Assembly: GCA_973895155.1 (NCBI GenBank)
Contig: OZ316897.1
Location: 16,722,058-16,786,057, forward strand
Source: Marsupella aquatica
Taxonomy: Eukaryota > Plantae > Marchantiophyta
Direction: 5' to 3'
Length of the DNA: 64,000 nucleotides
The notes beneath the pieces are model-generated. The model was given only the letters and a program-made list of their open reading frames with translations. It searched no databases and had not been told where the DNA came from. This document shows positions 22,820-33,446 of the stretch, piece by piece. Every line of letters begins with the position of its first letter. Position 1 is the stretch's first letter. A program made the position numbers and the translations under genes.

Positions 22820-25800
22820 ACAGGAATCACTCGGCCGGTTAAGTGGGTAAAGCAGGAAGGCACCCTAGGAACACCTTAGTATAGTGACAAAACAAGGAAA
22901 ATATAAACAATTAGGGGCAACCATGGAACCCGGGCAGAGGCCGGAGGTAAGGCTGAGGGTGAAAACCCGATTAGGGTTAGGGCGCGTTAAGCGTCGGCGG
23001 CTAGGAAGGATCAACGGGAAGAAGGACCGGCAGAGGAGAGGGGTAAGGAGCGCTTGCAGGAGATGGTGGCTCATTTGCGAGCACGAACTAGGCAGATGAC
23101 TACGGGAGGCCAACTACTGTCAGCTGCTTAGGCAAGCACTCGGGGAGAGAGTAGATACCGACGATCAACCTAAGGAGGGTATGAGCAACGTCAATCAAGC
23201 GGCACATTTCTGGGGATGGCTGTTCGAACGGGCAACTGAGTACATCAAGACTTACGAGGACGAGGAGTCAGAAAGGGCAGCTCGAGAACGGCAGGAGCTC
23301 GCTCGATTGTGGGAGCTGCAGAAGACGGCTTTCTTAGGAGGCGAACTCATCAAGGACGAGTTCCTGTGGACGCCTACTTCCAATCAACTCGACGATCTTC
23401 TGTTTTGCAAAGACAGCGTCGTCGGCATCCGAGAGGCCATCAAGAACTGCAACGACATACACTGGGAATTAAAGGGTAGCACAGAAAGGTGGACCCAGGC
23501 AACGGTGCTAGGAGAAACCTCCACGGCAGCAGAGATGAAGAGGAAGGGAGCCGTCAACGATGAAGCCACCCCGGCAAAAAGAACGAGGTCGGCGGCACCA
23601 AAGAAGCCAGCCGAGCAGCAGAGCAGGAGGCAGGGAGAAGCCGAAGAGGAGGAGGTCGATCCCATCAAGGCCATTCCAACCAGGGATGACACCTGGAAGG
23701 GCTGGGCGGCAACCCTACCGGTGGAGGTGCAACTACATTTTGCACGGGAGGAGGATGCATGCTTTACGGCCATGCAGACCAAGAAGTACCAAGGCTTCAT
23801 GGCCGGATCCGGCTTGGAGGCCTTTGTAAGATTACCATGGCTGAAGCCGGAGGTACCGGAGTCAGACCTATTAGAATTCGTGGGGTCATGGGAACCCGAG
23901 ACCAATTGCACGAGGATATATGGGAAGGATTTCTATCTTACTCCCAAGGTGATTGCCGAAGTGTTTGGCTTGCCGATGGGCAATAAGACCAAAGTTGATA
24001 CCAGGAAGACCTTGCCTGACAAGGAGTTCCGGTCGTTCCCCGGGCCATCAACGAAGAATGGCTTCTTCCGGAACACCTGCACCAACCCGCACATAGGAGA
24101 GATGATCGACTTCTTGCGGGTGACCATGCATTGTAACTTGCCGAGGGCAGAGATCGGCAAAGCACAGGTCTATCTGGCAGAAAGGCCAGACCCAAGCCGG
24201 GACTACAACGGGTACCTCCTCAACCAATTGAAGAAGATCTTAAAGGAGGAGCAGCAGGTAATCGGCATGGGGAGCGTGTCGCGGCTTGGCTATCACATGC
24301 CGCTGTTGTGCCGGTATGCCAGAGGTCAGACTTTTGCCCCGGTACTTCCCCTGCAGGTAAGGGCACCCGAGGAAGCTCCAACGCCGAGGCCGTTGGCTGA
24401 GAAGCCTCAACCACCTGTTAGTCCTACGATCGAGCAGGTGTTTAGGCCCAGGAAGGAAGACTTGCCGATGCAGCAACCAGGCATGCAGAGTCTGCTGAAA
24501 CTACTGGAGAAAGAAAAGAAATCGGCATCGGCAACAACAACGGCAACGGCAACAATGCAGGACACTACTACAGAGGTAGGCCTACACCGGCTCACAAGAA
24601 AAAACCCCTTTGCTGGAGACAAGGAGAGAATCAGGCCGGAATCCAAGCCAGGTGTTCGAATGTACGTGGGAACCTCAAGCTCCGAATCTGAGGCAGAATT
24701 GCCTGAAGCTCCTACCAACGAAGAGGAGAGGGAGAAGCCGGACGTCCAAGAGGTAGAGGAGGCAGTGGAGGACTGCAGCCATGATAATTCCGGCTATGGG
24801 TCGGACCATCACGTTCCAGGAGTAAGGACCTGTGGCCGGTTTGTCCCCACACTTCCAAGGGTAGTGCGAGGGGACCCCAACCAGCAGAGTAGCCCTGAGT
24901 CTCCCCCACCAGATGTTGCTCCCCCGAGCTTCGACGGCATAAAACAGACGGTGCAGGAATTTCAGGAGCGAATCAAGCAAGAGGAAAAGGCCGCCCTGGC
25001 TAAGGAAAAGGATTTACCAGGAGGAGATTGGCCGGAGGACATCAGGCGGCTAGCCGAAAAAGGAAGCAAACCTCTAGCCACGATTGAAGAGATCCGCAGG
25101 ACGGCTTGGGAGCAGAGGCCACGATGGGCGATGCCGATCACTTCTACTTACTCCACCTACGCTAAGAATAGAGCCATGGAGTATGGTGAGATGTGTGGGG
25201 AACTTGCGCTCGGCATCTTTGGAGAGGAGTTGGAGGTAGGACCCTTTTTCCATAGGGAGCAGTTGGAGAAGCACCAATTAGAAGAAGCGGTGGCTTTAGA
25301 GAGAAGCAAGAAGGACGAGGTCATTCGGCGGCTTAGGAGGATGGAAGCCGAGATTGAAGATCTAAGGGCGGCCAAGAAAGCCCAAGATGAACTGCGGATT
25401 AAACGACATGAGCTGAACATCATGCAGGGGCAGTTGGACGCCGCGCAGGCTGATAATCAGAATATCAAGGATAAACTGACTCAGACGCAGGAAGAGTTGG
25501 CCGACACGATCAAAGAAAGGGAAAAGTGGAAGCAAGAGCTGAAGAATACAGAGGAGGCCCACATAACAGCCAACAGCCGGGCCATGGCGGAGACCCAAAG
25601 AAAGGAATGGGCGTTGAAAGGGGAGCTCGAGAAAATCCGCGGAGCCCTTGAGCAGAAGGAGGTCGAGTTAGGGAAATCCTATCAAGGGATTATGGCGCTG
25701 CAGCAGGAGCTTGCGTCCCTGACGGCCAGCTTCAAGGCCGACCTAAGGGAGAAGGACGAGATGCTCGAACAGACTTACGCCAAGATGAACCAGATGGAGT

Positions 25801-27491
25801 CTGTCATCATTGCAGAGCTCGACAAGGAGCTAAGAGCAACCCAGGAGGAGAGGGCTACCTTGAAGAAGGAATTGGAGGAAGCCCACAGGGAGCAGGAGGA
25901 GGCCAAAAACGAGCTGGAGGGGGCACGTAAGGACCTGGATGAAACCCAAGAGGAGTTGGAGGAAATCACGAGGAAGATGGAGAACCTACAGCGGCGGGCC
26001 GACAACCAAACAGAGCGGCTGAAGAAACAAGCCGCAGTATTTAAATGCTTAGCTGCAGCAGGTCCATCTCCTGTTGGGACAAACCAGTTACCAGGGGTGG
26101 TAATTGCCGAAGGACAAGCCGCGCCACCTGCACCAGTGCCGGAAGTAAGTGGGAAGGGGAAGGGACCAGCTGCCGAGCCACCAACGAAGAAGAGGCGGAA
26201 ACCTTCAGGGTCAAGGAGTAATACGACTTCACAGGCCGTGGTGATCAAGGAGGTAGACCCAGCACCGACCCCAGACAGGGTCACGGCTAAGGATCCAACT
26301 ACCCTAGGGGAAGGGGAGGCCGAAGCCGTGGGAGTGGCTGAAGCCGAAGCCGTGGGAGTGGCTGAAGCCGAAGCCGTGGGAGTGGCTGAAGCCGAAGCCG
26401 TGGGTATTGCCGAGGCCGGTGTCGAGGCTGAAGCCGAAGGTGGACCCAGTCAGGCCGATGGAGAGTTGACTCGGTCAAGGGCAGGTAATCTGTCAGTAGG
26501 CGGGCCAACGGCAGTGGCTGAGGAGGAAGTGTTGGGGGCGTCCATTGAGGATCCACCACCGGTGTCGTGACGGTGCAAGGGCGCCGTTCCTTTTAGGGAG
26601 GGCGGACGTGGAGGGAGGAGGCGTGAGTGGGCAGGGCGGGCACGGATCTCCACGTTTAGGATTAGGATCAGAACCAGGAGCGGCCCTGACACTTAGCTTA
26701 GTGGGATTGCGGTCCCACTGGTAGGAGCAACACTTGTGCTCCTGCCTTGCTGTACATAGGTAGATTCGGGCAAGTAGATTACTGTTAAGTAGATTAGGCT
26801 TACGATGCAAAGAATGGCGGATCCACTACCAGGATAAGTACCTGGGCAGCGGGGAGCTCAGGGCCTCTTCTTTAGCAAGTTTTTAGTTTGCACCAGCCGG
26901 GCTGGGATCAAGTAGTACGAGAAGCTCTCGGTTAGTCATATAGTGACCCTTGTGTATATTCATGTTTCCTCATGCCTAAGAGCTGAATAGAGTTGGCCTC
27001 ACGGCTTAGTTCGCAGAACTTGTGTATGAGATGTACTGTTTGTATGGCAAGTGCATGGTATGACTCAGTCAGAATGAGTCATTTTGCTATTTGTGTGTCG
27101 CATTAACTTGTGTGAAGAGTGCCCACATCAACAGAAGGAAGGAAAGTAAGCAGGGGAGTGAGAGTTGGATGTGTCGAGCTGAGAGAGGTCTTAGCGGCTT
27201 AACCAAGCCTATTGGGGATCATTCCGGCGGCGGAATCCAAACATACCTAACAAGACGGAGGGGAAGACAGGGGAAGACAGGGGAAGGCCTATATTAGGCC
27301 GGCTACGTATCTCATGACCCGATGAAGGATCTGTCCAGTATATGTGTGTAAAATGTTAATAGTAGTAGTAGAAGGTTAGCAGCGTCCCATGCCGCTAAGC
27401 CGCGGAAACGGCCTCGCCAAGCACGAAACCTGCGGGAATCGGCTTGAGCTGGGGGGTTTCTTGGGTTTAGGGAGCCATGGGACGCACCACA
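22808..27491 (+). repeat. 3' LTR (4684 bp)
   Basis: Copy of 11924-16583 with one extra 24-bp unit (AEAVGVAE repeat, 4 copies versus 3). Confidence 0.97.
23181..26570 (+). CDS. LTR-encoded 1129-aa protein, intact copy (PMD-like domain, acidic linker, long coiled coil, NLS, 8-aa repeats)
   Basis: Uninterrupted ORF lying wholly inside the 3' LTR. LLEFVGSWEPETNCTRIYGKDFYLTPKVIAEVFGLP resembles the plant mobile domain / plant transposon protein core. It has a ~250-aa heptad region and PPTKKRRKP. Confidence 0.88.
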   Translation: MSNVNQAAHFWGWLFERATEYIKTYEDEESERAARERQELARLWELQKTAFLGGELIKDEFLWTPTSNQLDDLLFCKDSVVGIREAIKNCNDIHWELKGSTERWTQATVLGETSTAAEMKRKGAVNDEATPAKRTRSAAPKKPAEQQSRRQGEAEEEEVDPIKAIPTRDDTWKGWAATLPVEVQLHFAREEDACFTAMQTKKYQGFMAGSGLEAFVRLPWLKPEVPESDLLEFVGSWEPETNCTRIYGKDFYLTPKVIAEVFGLPMGNKTKVDTRKTLPDKEFRSFPGPSTKNGFFRNTCTNPHIGEMIDFLRVTMHCNLPRAEIGKAQVYLAERPDPSRDYNGYLLNQLKKILKEEQQVIGMGSVSRLGYHMPLLCRYARGQTFAPVLPLQVRAPEEAPTPRPLAEKPQPPVSPTIEQVFRPRKEDLPMQQPGMQSLLKLLEKEKKSASATTTATATMQDTTTEVGLHRLTRKNPFAGDKERIRPESKPGVRMYVGTSSSESEAELPEAPTNEEEREKPDVQEVEEAVEDCSHDNSGYGSDHHVPGVRTCGRFVPTLPRVVRGDPNQQSSPESPPPDVAPPSFDGIKQTVQEFQERIKQEEKAALAKEKDLPGGDWPEDIRRLAEKGSKPLATIEEIRRTAWEQRPRWAMPITSTYSTYAKNRAMEYGEMCGELALGIFGEELEVGPFFHREQLEKHQLEEAVALERSKKDEVIRRLRRMEAEIEDLRAAKKAQDELRIKRHELNIMQGQLDAAQADNQNIKDKLTQTQEELADTIKEREKWKQELKNTEEAHITANSRAMAETQRKEWALKGELEKIRGALEQKEVELGKSYQGIMALQQELASLTASFKADLREKDEMLEQTYAKMNQMESVIIAELDKELRATQEERATLKKELEEAHREQEEAKNELEGARKDLDETQEELEEITRKMENLQRRADNQTERLKKQAAVFKCLAAAGPSPVGTNQLPGVVIAEGQAAPPAPVPEVSGKGKGPAAEPPTKKRRKPSGSRSNTTSQAVVIKEVDPAPTPDRVTAKDPTTLGEGEAEAVGVAEAEAVGVAEAEAVGVAEAEAVGIAEAGVEAEAEGGPSQADGELTRSRAGNLSVGGPTAVAEEEVLGASIEDPPPVS

Positions 27492-28149
27492 GGTAGCAAG
27501 CTCTTTACGCAGTTAAATGTGGATTTGCATGGGCCAGTTGGTAATGAGCACGGAACTACTACAATGCAAGCTCTATGGGTGGGAGTATAAATATTCTGGT
27601 GGAAATACAATCTTGCAAAGGATCGCAAGAGAGTTTGCTGGTTACTCAACCATAAGTAGACTTCATCTTGTACAATATGTGAGTACAAATAAACATTGAA
27701 ATTGTTTTAATTTTACAAAATGTATTACAATGTGCAGTGCAACAACACTGCCAATTTAGATCTGCAAAAGTTCTTATAAATTCCTATGTAGACCTTCTAT
27801 CGGCACATGACCCAGTAACCAGTTCTCTGCTTCTTATATAAGCCTAAAAGACTTGTGTTTATTGCCACTAAAACCTGAGACTTCGCGCTCTGCTTCTTCC
27901 CAACATTCATAGATACCAGGATTCCGGCCTTTCCCCACTGCATACCACCGTTTCCTACTATGCAAGGAGGGATGATTGCATCTAAAATATAATACATCAA
28001 AGCTTGGATCAATCTGATGCTGGCCATGCCCTGAAACTTGAGCTGCCTGCCCATGCTCATACAGTAGATGTCGCTCTCACTATCGGTTGCTGAGCCGGAA
28101 TTTGAGCTGGCTGGCTATGGTGCTCATATACAGGATGCATCCATTGCTG

Positions 28150-28365
28150 CTCTCCATGCTCATCTTTTGGATTCTTAGCAGGATGAGGGCTGGGACTATG
28201 TCCTTCTGGTTGACGACGAGCAACAGTAGTAAGATTCTCAACAGGCTAGGGGCTGAAATCAGGACCTTCTGGTTGACGACGAGCAACAACAGTGAGATTA
28301 CCAACAGACTGAGGGCTGAAGTCAGGAACTTCTGGTTGAGGACGAGCAATAGCAATGAGACGCTC
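28150..28365. repeat. 63-bp tandem repeat (~3 units) in a degraded, unidentified coding-like segment
   Basis: ggttga(c/g)gacgagcaa occurs at 28208, 28271 and 28334. Confidence 0.75.
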
Positions 28366-30857
28366 ATGCAAAAAGCGGAAAACTCGCTCAGTAGTCCAAG
28401 GCAAGACCAAAACAGGCCGTCACAAACTAAGGCCATAGCTGACCACAAAATTGCACCAAAAGCTTGCCTACAGGTGCACCATGCATCCTCCAACTTTGCC
28501 TCTATTGCCATATTGCAAGCGGACTCAGTTACTAGCTTAGTCTCCCGTTTGCTTGCAAAGAATCGATGATGTACCCTAGCGAGGAAACTTACCTGAGAAA
28601 GCCACAAAAATATTGTGATCAAATTAGTTGTGACTCAATGTATAACAATCAGCCCTAAGGGATATAGAAGAATACAAAGTGACTCTGAAAGCATGTGGAC
28701 CCCTCAACGACAAGCATGATCTTAATTTGGCAAAACCTTGTTGCAGATTTCTTTGTGGCGAAGACATCAACAACATCAATGAACGGCTCAAAGCAGCTTT
28801 TCTTAAATTGTTGCAATTGGTCATTATTTTCTTAATCAAATGAGAAGCTGCAAACTCTGCAATGGAGTCCGATTGGGCTTTGATCAGCAACATACTACCA
28901 TGCCAGGTGTGCTGAAACAACAATTGAAGAATAACATTTGTGACCAACTAATTAATAAAAGTAGAGTCTAATGGCTGATTGCCCTCGACAAATCACTGCA
29001 ATCTTCTTGTTGACAGTGCAATGGGGTTCTCCCCAACCCAATTGCAAACTCTGGATAGGAACGGACACAAGTGCTATGAGATATTACAATGCATATGAAG
29101 TAGCTAGGCTGAGTCACCAAGGAATGAAAGGCAAAACTGACAAACTGAACTCTTGTCTGAGTATGCAGACAATAGATCCAATTAATTATAGGTGAACAAA
29201 TAATGAGACTTACCGGAGAGATAGTAAGTAGATAGTCCAGCCACTCGCCACCTGCCCACACTTTCTTCCAAAACCGTGCAATGTATGAGAGACCACCAAG
29301 CTAGTCTAACCAGGAACACAAAGAGCTAGTAGATGATGACAGATACAAAGATAGGGAATACAAAGTTGCCCTGTCGCTTTCCTCTACATGGAAGCAGACG
29401 AAAGTTGGACGTTGGCCTCAACAATTCCAGCAGCTTGAATCAAACTTTTTGTTCCTCTCTGCTATCCTAATGGCCTCCTGCCTGCCCTCCACCAGGTTTC
29501 CCAGCAATCGTCTTAACCTCACACTCATCCCCTTACGTAGCCTACCTGTGCGCAACCAAATTAAATTCCTCCTTCGTAAGAAACAACACTTGTAAAAATA
29601 TTCCAAATCTCTAGACTGTCAACCCTATGACCTGGCCTCACGTTGTATATGCAAGAGAAATGACCCTGTGACCCGTCCCTCCCAATTGCAACCATCCCAT
29701 ACAGCCATGAAATTATTCTCCATCTGCAAACCCTAAACTGTCTTAGCTAAGGTGCAATTCGCATCTAATGAAGGTCATCACTTCTCAATGGCTTCCTATT
29801 GCGATCGCCTGCCTTCTTGAAATGAGAAATGTAGTGACAGCATTCAAGAGAAGAGCTGATGATGATGGCTGTGGGCGTGGCGAACTAGGAAGTTGACGGC
29901 CTCGCAGCTCACAAGATCGGTGAGTGATTGACCTTCTGTCAAGAAATTGAGCCCTCCATTTGTGCCAAGCCAAAGTGATCACTAAGATTTGAAAGAATTG
30001 CTTCGAGTAAGCTTGACGTCAATCCGTCCTTCGTATTGCTTCGAGTAAGAATTGCTTCGAGTAAGCATTGATCCGTGCCAAAGAAAACTGCCGCTTGCGC
30101 CTTGACGGAACTCTTGAAGTCAGATTTTCTTTCCCCCTCCCTTCCTTGCTTCCCTTTCACCTCCCTTCCTCTCGCGTGCTCACTCACTGATGCCGATGAA
30201 CCGCTATAGGAAATCCGCTATGCTACAAAACTGTACTCGATTTCAACGAGAGTCCTATGGCAGCAGCTTGCACTTGTGGTTTACAGCTTGCGGGTGTGTG
30301 TCGTCCCCTCTGGTCGCGTTTCAGGATTCACTCAAAAGGAATGCAAGGGGAGTGCATTCTGGCAAAGTGTTCTCATAGCGAGAATTCCTCTTCTTGAACT
30401 AAACTTAACGCGCAGCACCAGTGACTACACCAATGCTAGAAGCAAACAGTGTATGTTTAAACTACTTAACTGGCACTCAAACTTACGTTGATCCAAAGGT
30501 TCTTACCTTAGACTAGGGACATAGAAGCATATAATACACCCAAAGTAAATATTTCTCAATTAATCTCTACAGAACAAATCTGAATAAAAAGAATGTAGTT
30601 TGATACGGTGGTTGGACATCGCTACCTCCCAACTCTACCACAAATTAATTAATTTAAATGTTATCCATTTGGCACTTAGTCTTGCGCGAGACAATCTTTA
30701 GTTCTTGCTTAAAATGAATTAATTTAATATCACTAAGGGGCTGACGTGGAGGAGTGAAGAAGCATGCAGCTATTAGTTATAACCAAAAAACTTGCACACA
30801 TACACTATTTGCATCTCATCTACTCAAATTAGATTGTCAAAATAATATGTCACCCGT

Positions 30858-31915
30858 CTTAGCTTGGGTCTTTGCAACTCGAAGAACCCACTCAGAATGA
30901 GGTGCTTTGAGATGACAAGAATTAAAGCACTGCTTTATACCACTCTCATTGCAGTGGTGCGAGCCATGTTTTATAAAACCACTAAGAGGTCTGAGTGGTT
31001 TCACCAGTGGTACATGGTGGGGTCACCCACTAACTCTATTTCTCCAATTCCACAAACTCTTGGAGTGATGTTGCGAAAGGTGGTGGAAGGAGTTGCTCAA
31101 CTTCTATGTGCCCCAAAACTTAGCACCTTTTGATTTCTTGTGTGATGGGGTGGGTGGTTTTGCTCAAACTGGGAGGCCATTGTGTTAGAGCTGTCCTTCA
31201 GGAGCAATGTGATGGAGCTAAGTTGGAGGAATGAGGAAGGCTACAACCTAAAATCATGAGCCTACCATTGGCACCCCATGCTCTAAAATTATAAATACAA
31301 TGTGCCAGCCCTCTTAGCCTGGGTCTTTGCAACTTGAAGAACCCACTCAGAATCCACTCATAATCAGGTGCTTTGAGATGACAAGAATTAAAGCACTGCT
31401 TATACCACTCTCATTGCAGTGGTGCGAGCCATGTTTTATAAAACCACTAAGAGGTCTGAGTGGTTTCACCAGTGGTACATGGTGGGGTCACCCACTAACT
31501 CTATTTCTCCAATTCCACAAACTCTTGGAGTGATGTTGCGAAAGGTGGTGGAAGGAGTTGCTCAACTTCTATGTGCCCCAAAACTTAGCACCTTTTGATT
31601 TCTTGTGTGATGGGGTGGGTGGTTTTTCTCAAACTGGGAGGCCATTGTGTTAGAGCTGTCCTTCAGGAGCAATGTGATGGAGCTAAGTTGGAGGAATGAG
31701 GAAGGCTACAACCTAAAATCATGAGCCTACCATTGGCACCCCATGTTCTAAAATTATAAATACAATGTGCCAGCCCTCTTAGCCTGGGTATTTGCAACTC
31801 GAAGAACCCACTCAGAATCCACTCATAATCAGGTGCTTTGAGATGACAAGAATTAAAGCACTGCTTATACCACTCTCATTGCAGTGGTGCGAGCCATGTT
31901 TTATAAAACCACTGA
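30858..31915. repeat. Tandem repeat, ~455-465-bp unit, ~2.3 copies
   Basis: cttagc(c)tgggt.tttgcaact recurs at ~30858, ~31313 and ~31778 with near-identical following sequence. Confidence 0.9.
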
Positions 31916-33446
31916 ATCACCCGAGTGGTTTGAGACTGGTGGGTGTTGAATGGTGTTTGACTGCAAATTTCAGAATCCCCAGGCCAGGCTAAAATTCAGT
32001 ACCTTGTCAATACTAATTATTTTAATCTATATGACCCTTTCTTAAGGCCGGGGCACTTTACAAAAAGGGGTGGACGAAAAGAGAGGTAGCTTGCGTTTTA
32101 ACATACTTGATCTAGAGGTCAATTTGGACTATTGTCTGACCAGAAAGGTAGTGCATTTAATATTGTACCATCTTCACCCTATACTTTCCATTTTTGAATC
32201 TGGCTATAAAATCAAACAAAAGAGTGTTAGCTTTGTCACACTTTCCTAGCTAAGATGTTGCCACTAGTTTGACCAAAATGGGTATGGGTATGGTTAATTG
32301 ACATCAAATTATTACATGATAGATGGCCCTTTTGACTTTGGAAGAAGCTTTGGAAATGATTTATGTAAAACACTCAAAGGGTTAATTTTGATAGTGGAGT
32401 TTAGTGGTAGACTTTGTAGGGGACTACTTAAGGAGTAGGGATTCATTTTCTAGTGAATAAATATCTTAGGATATAGAGGGAATTTATTATGAATTTGAGG
32501 TAAGAGTGAAGGACCTCTACTAATATTGTTGTCTTAGGGTAATGTCAATGGTAATTAAATGAGAAGTTGATTTATTGGGAGGGCGGGTCCCACTCTGCAG
32601 TAAGATCCCTACTCCCGCCCGGCTCCGCACGGCAAAGAGTCTTTACATTTGTTCGCATCATTTTGGTTTTGGTTTCTCGACTCTTTGCCTTAGGCTCATT
32701 CTCACATTCTTAGTTTGATCTGCAGTGCCCGTCGCAAGTCTCACCCTAAACTGCCTCGCGTCTTGGCTTAATCGTTGGTGAACTCATTCTCCAAATGTTG
32801 GACGGATTTGCATGATAGAATCAAAGTTTGGAGTGGGACAGACAAGGTGATCATACCGCCCGCTTTGGAAGTTGTAAACTCGGTGATTTCCAGGACCTCA
32901 GTAAGAAAGGAAATCGAGTTTGCTATCTATTTGAATTGTTGTGGTGCTGAAGTAGAGTCAGCAGACGAATCAGTGACTTGCAGCAAGACTGCAGGAGCAA
33001 CAACTTATTCATTCCTCAGGTTTTTAGTTGCAACCCTGTTAACTTCACCGCCCTCGCAGTCGCAACCCTGTTAACTTCTGTTGTCACGCCTGGTCAATGC
33101 GTGTCAAGTTTCTTTAACTTCTTGTTGTGGTCTATTCGCGTGTAAGTCTGTCATCTTGGACTTGAAGCAGAGTTAGATGGAGTAGTACTGGTTCGGACCA
33201 TGGCTGATGGATGTCATTTCACGCTGTCTGTCCGTGACCTTGAAGGTGTGAGGGGTTTACGGTGCAGGATCCTTGGTTTGAAGACTTCAAGATTCTCTGT
33301 GACGCCGCCGGTACGGCGGTTAATGAGTGATTCAGTCTAACTGCGCTCGGCACGCGCGTTAGGTGGGTCTTAGGCCGCTATTATTAGCATAACGACAGTA
33401 TTTAGGTAATCATTAGGGGTAGGACATCATTAGGCAATAAGGGGGA

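Larger units (their letters stand above)
11924..27491 (+). mobile_element. Full-length Ty3/gypsy LTR retrotransposon (non-chromovirus, Athila/Tat-related), 15.6 kb, with giant coding LTRs
   Basis: TG..CA LTRs, 5-bp TSD GGTAG (11919-11923 and 27492-27496), PBS, PPT, and gag-PR plus RT-RH-IN ORFs in gypsy order. No chromodomain or second RNase H seen. Confidence 0.97.

Noticed and set aside
23181-26570. LTR ORF as an env-like gene
   Set aside because: No signal peptide or transmembrane segment is visible. The protein is charged, coiled-coil and NLS-bearing.
12500-26810. Numerous 60-175 aa antisense and alternative-frame ORFs over the LTR gene, gag and pol, repeated in the solo LTRs
   Set aside because: Shadow ORFs of GC-rich coding sequence with no recognisable motifs. 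They recur only because the LTR is repeated.
11924-27491. The 4.7-kb repeat as a segmental duplication or assembly artefact
   Set aside because: PBS, PPT, TG..CA ends, the TSD and two independent TSD-flanked solo copies define the same boundaries.
28080-28622. Hydrophobic 180-aa ORF as a membrane protein
   Set aside because: The hydrophobic pattern comes from reading a 63-bp tandem repeat. The surrounding 27500-30500 region looks like decayed sequence I cannot identify.
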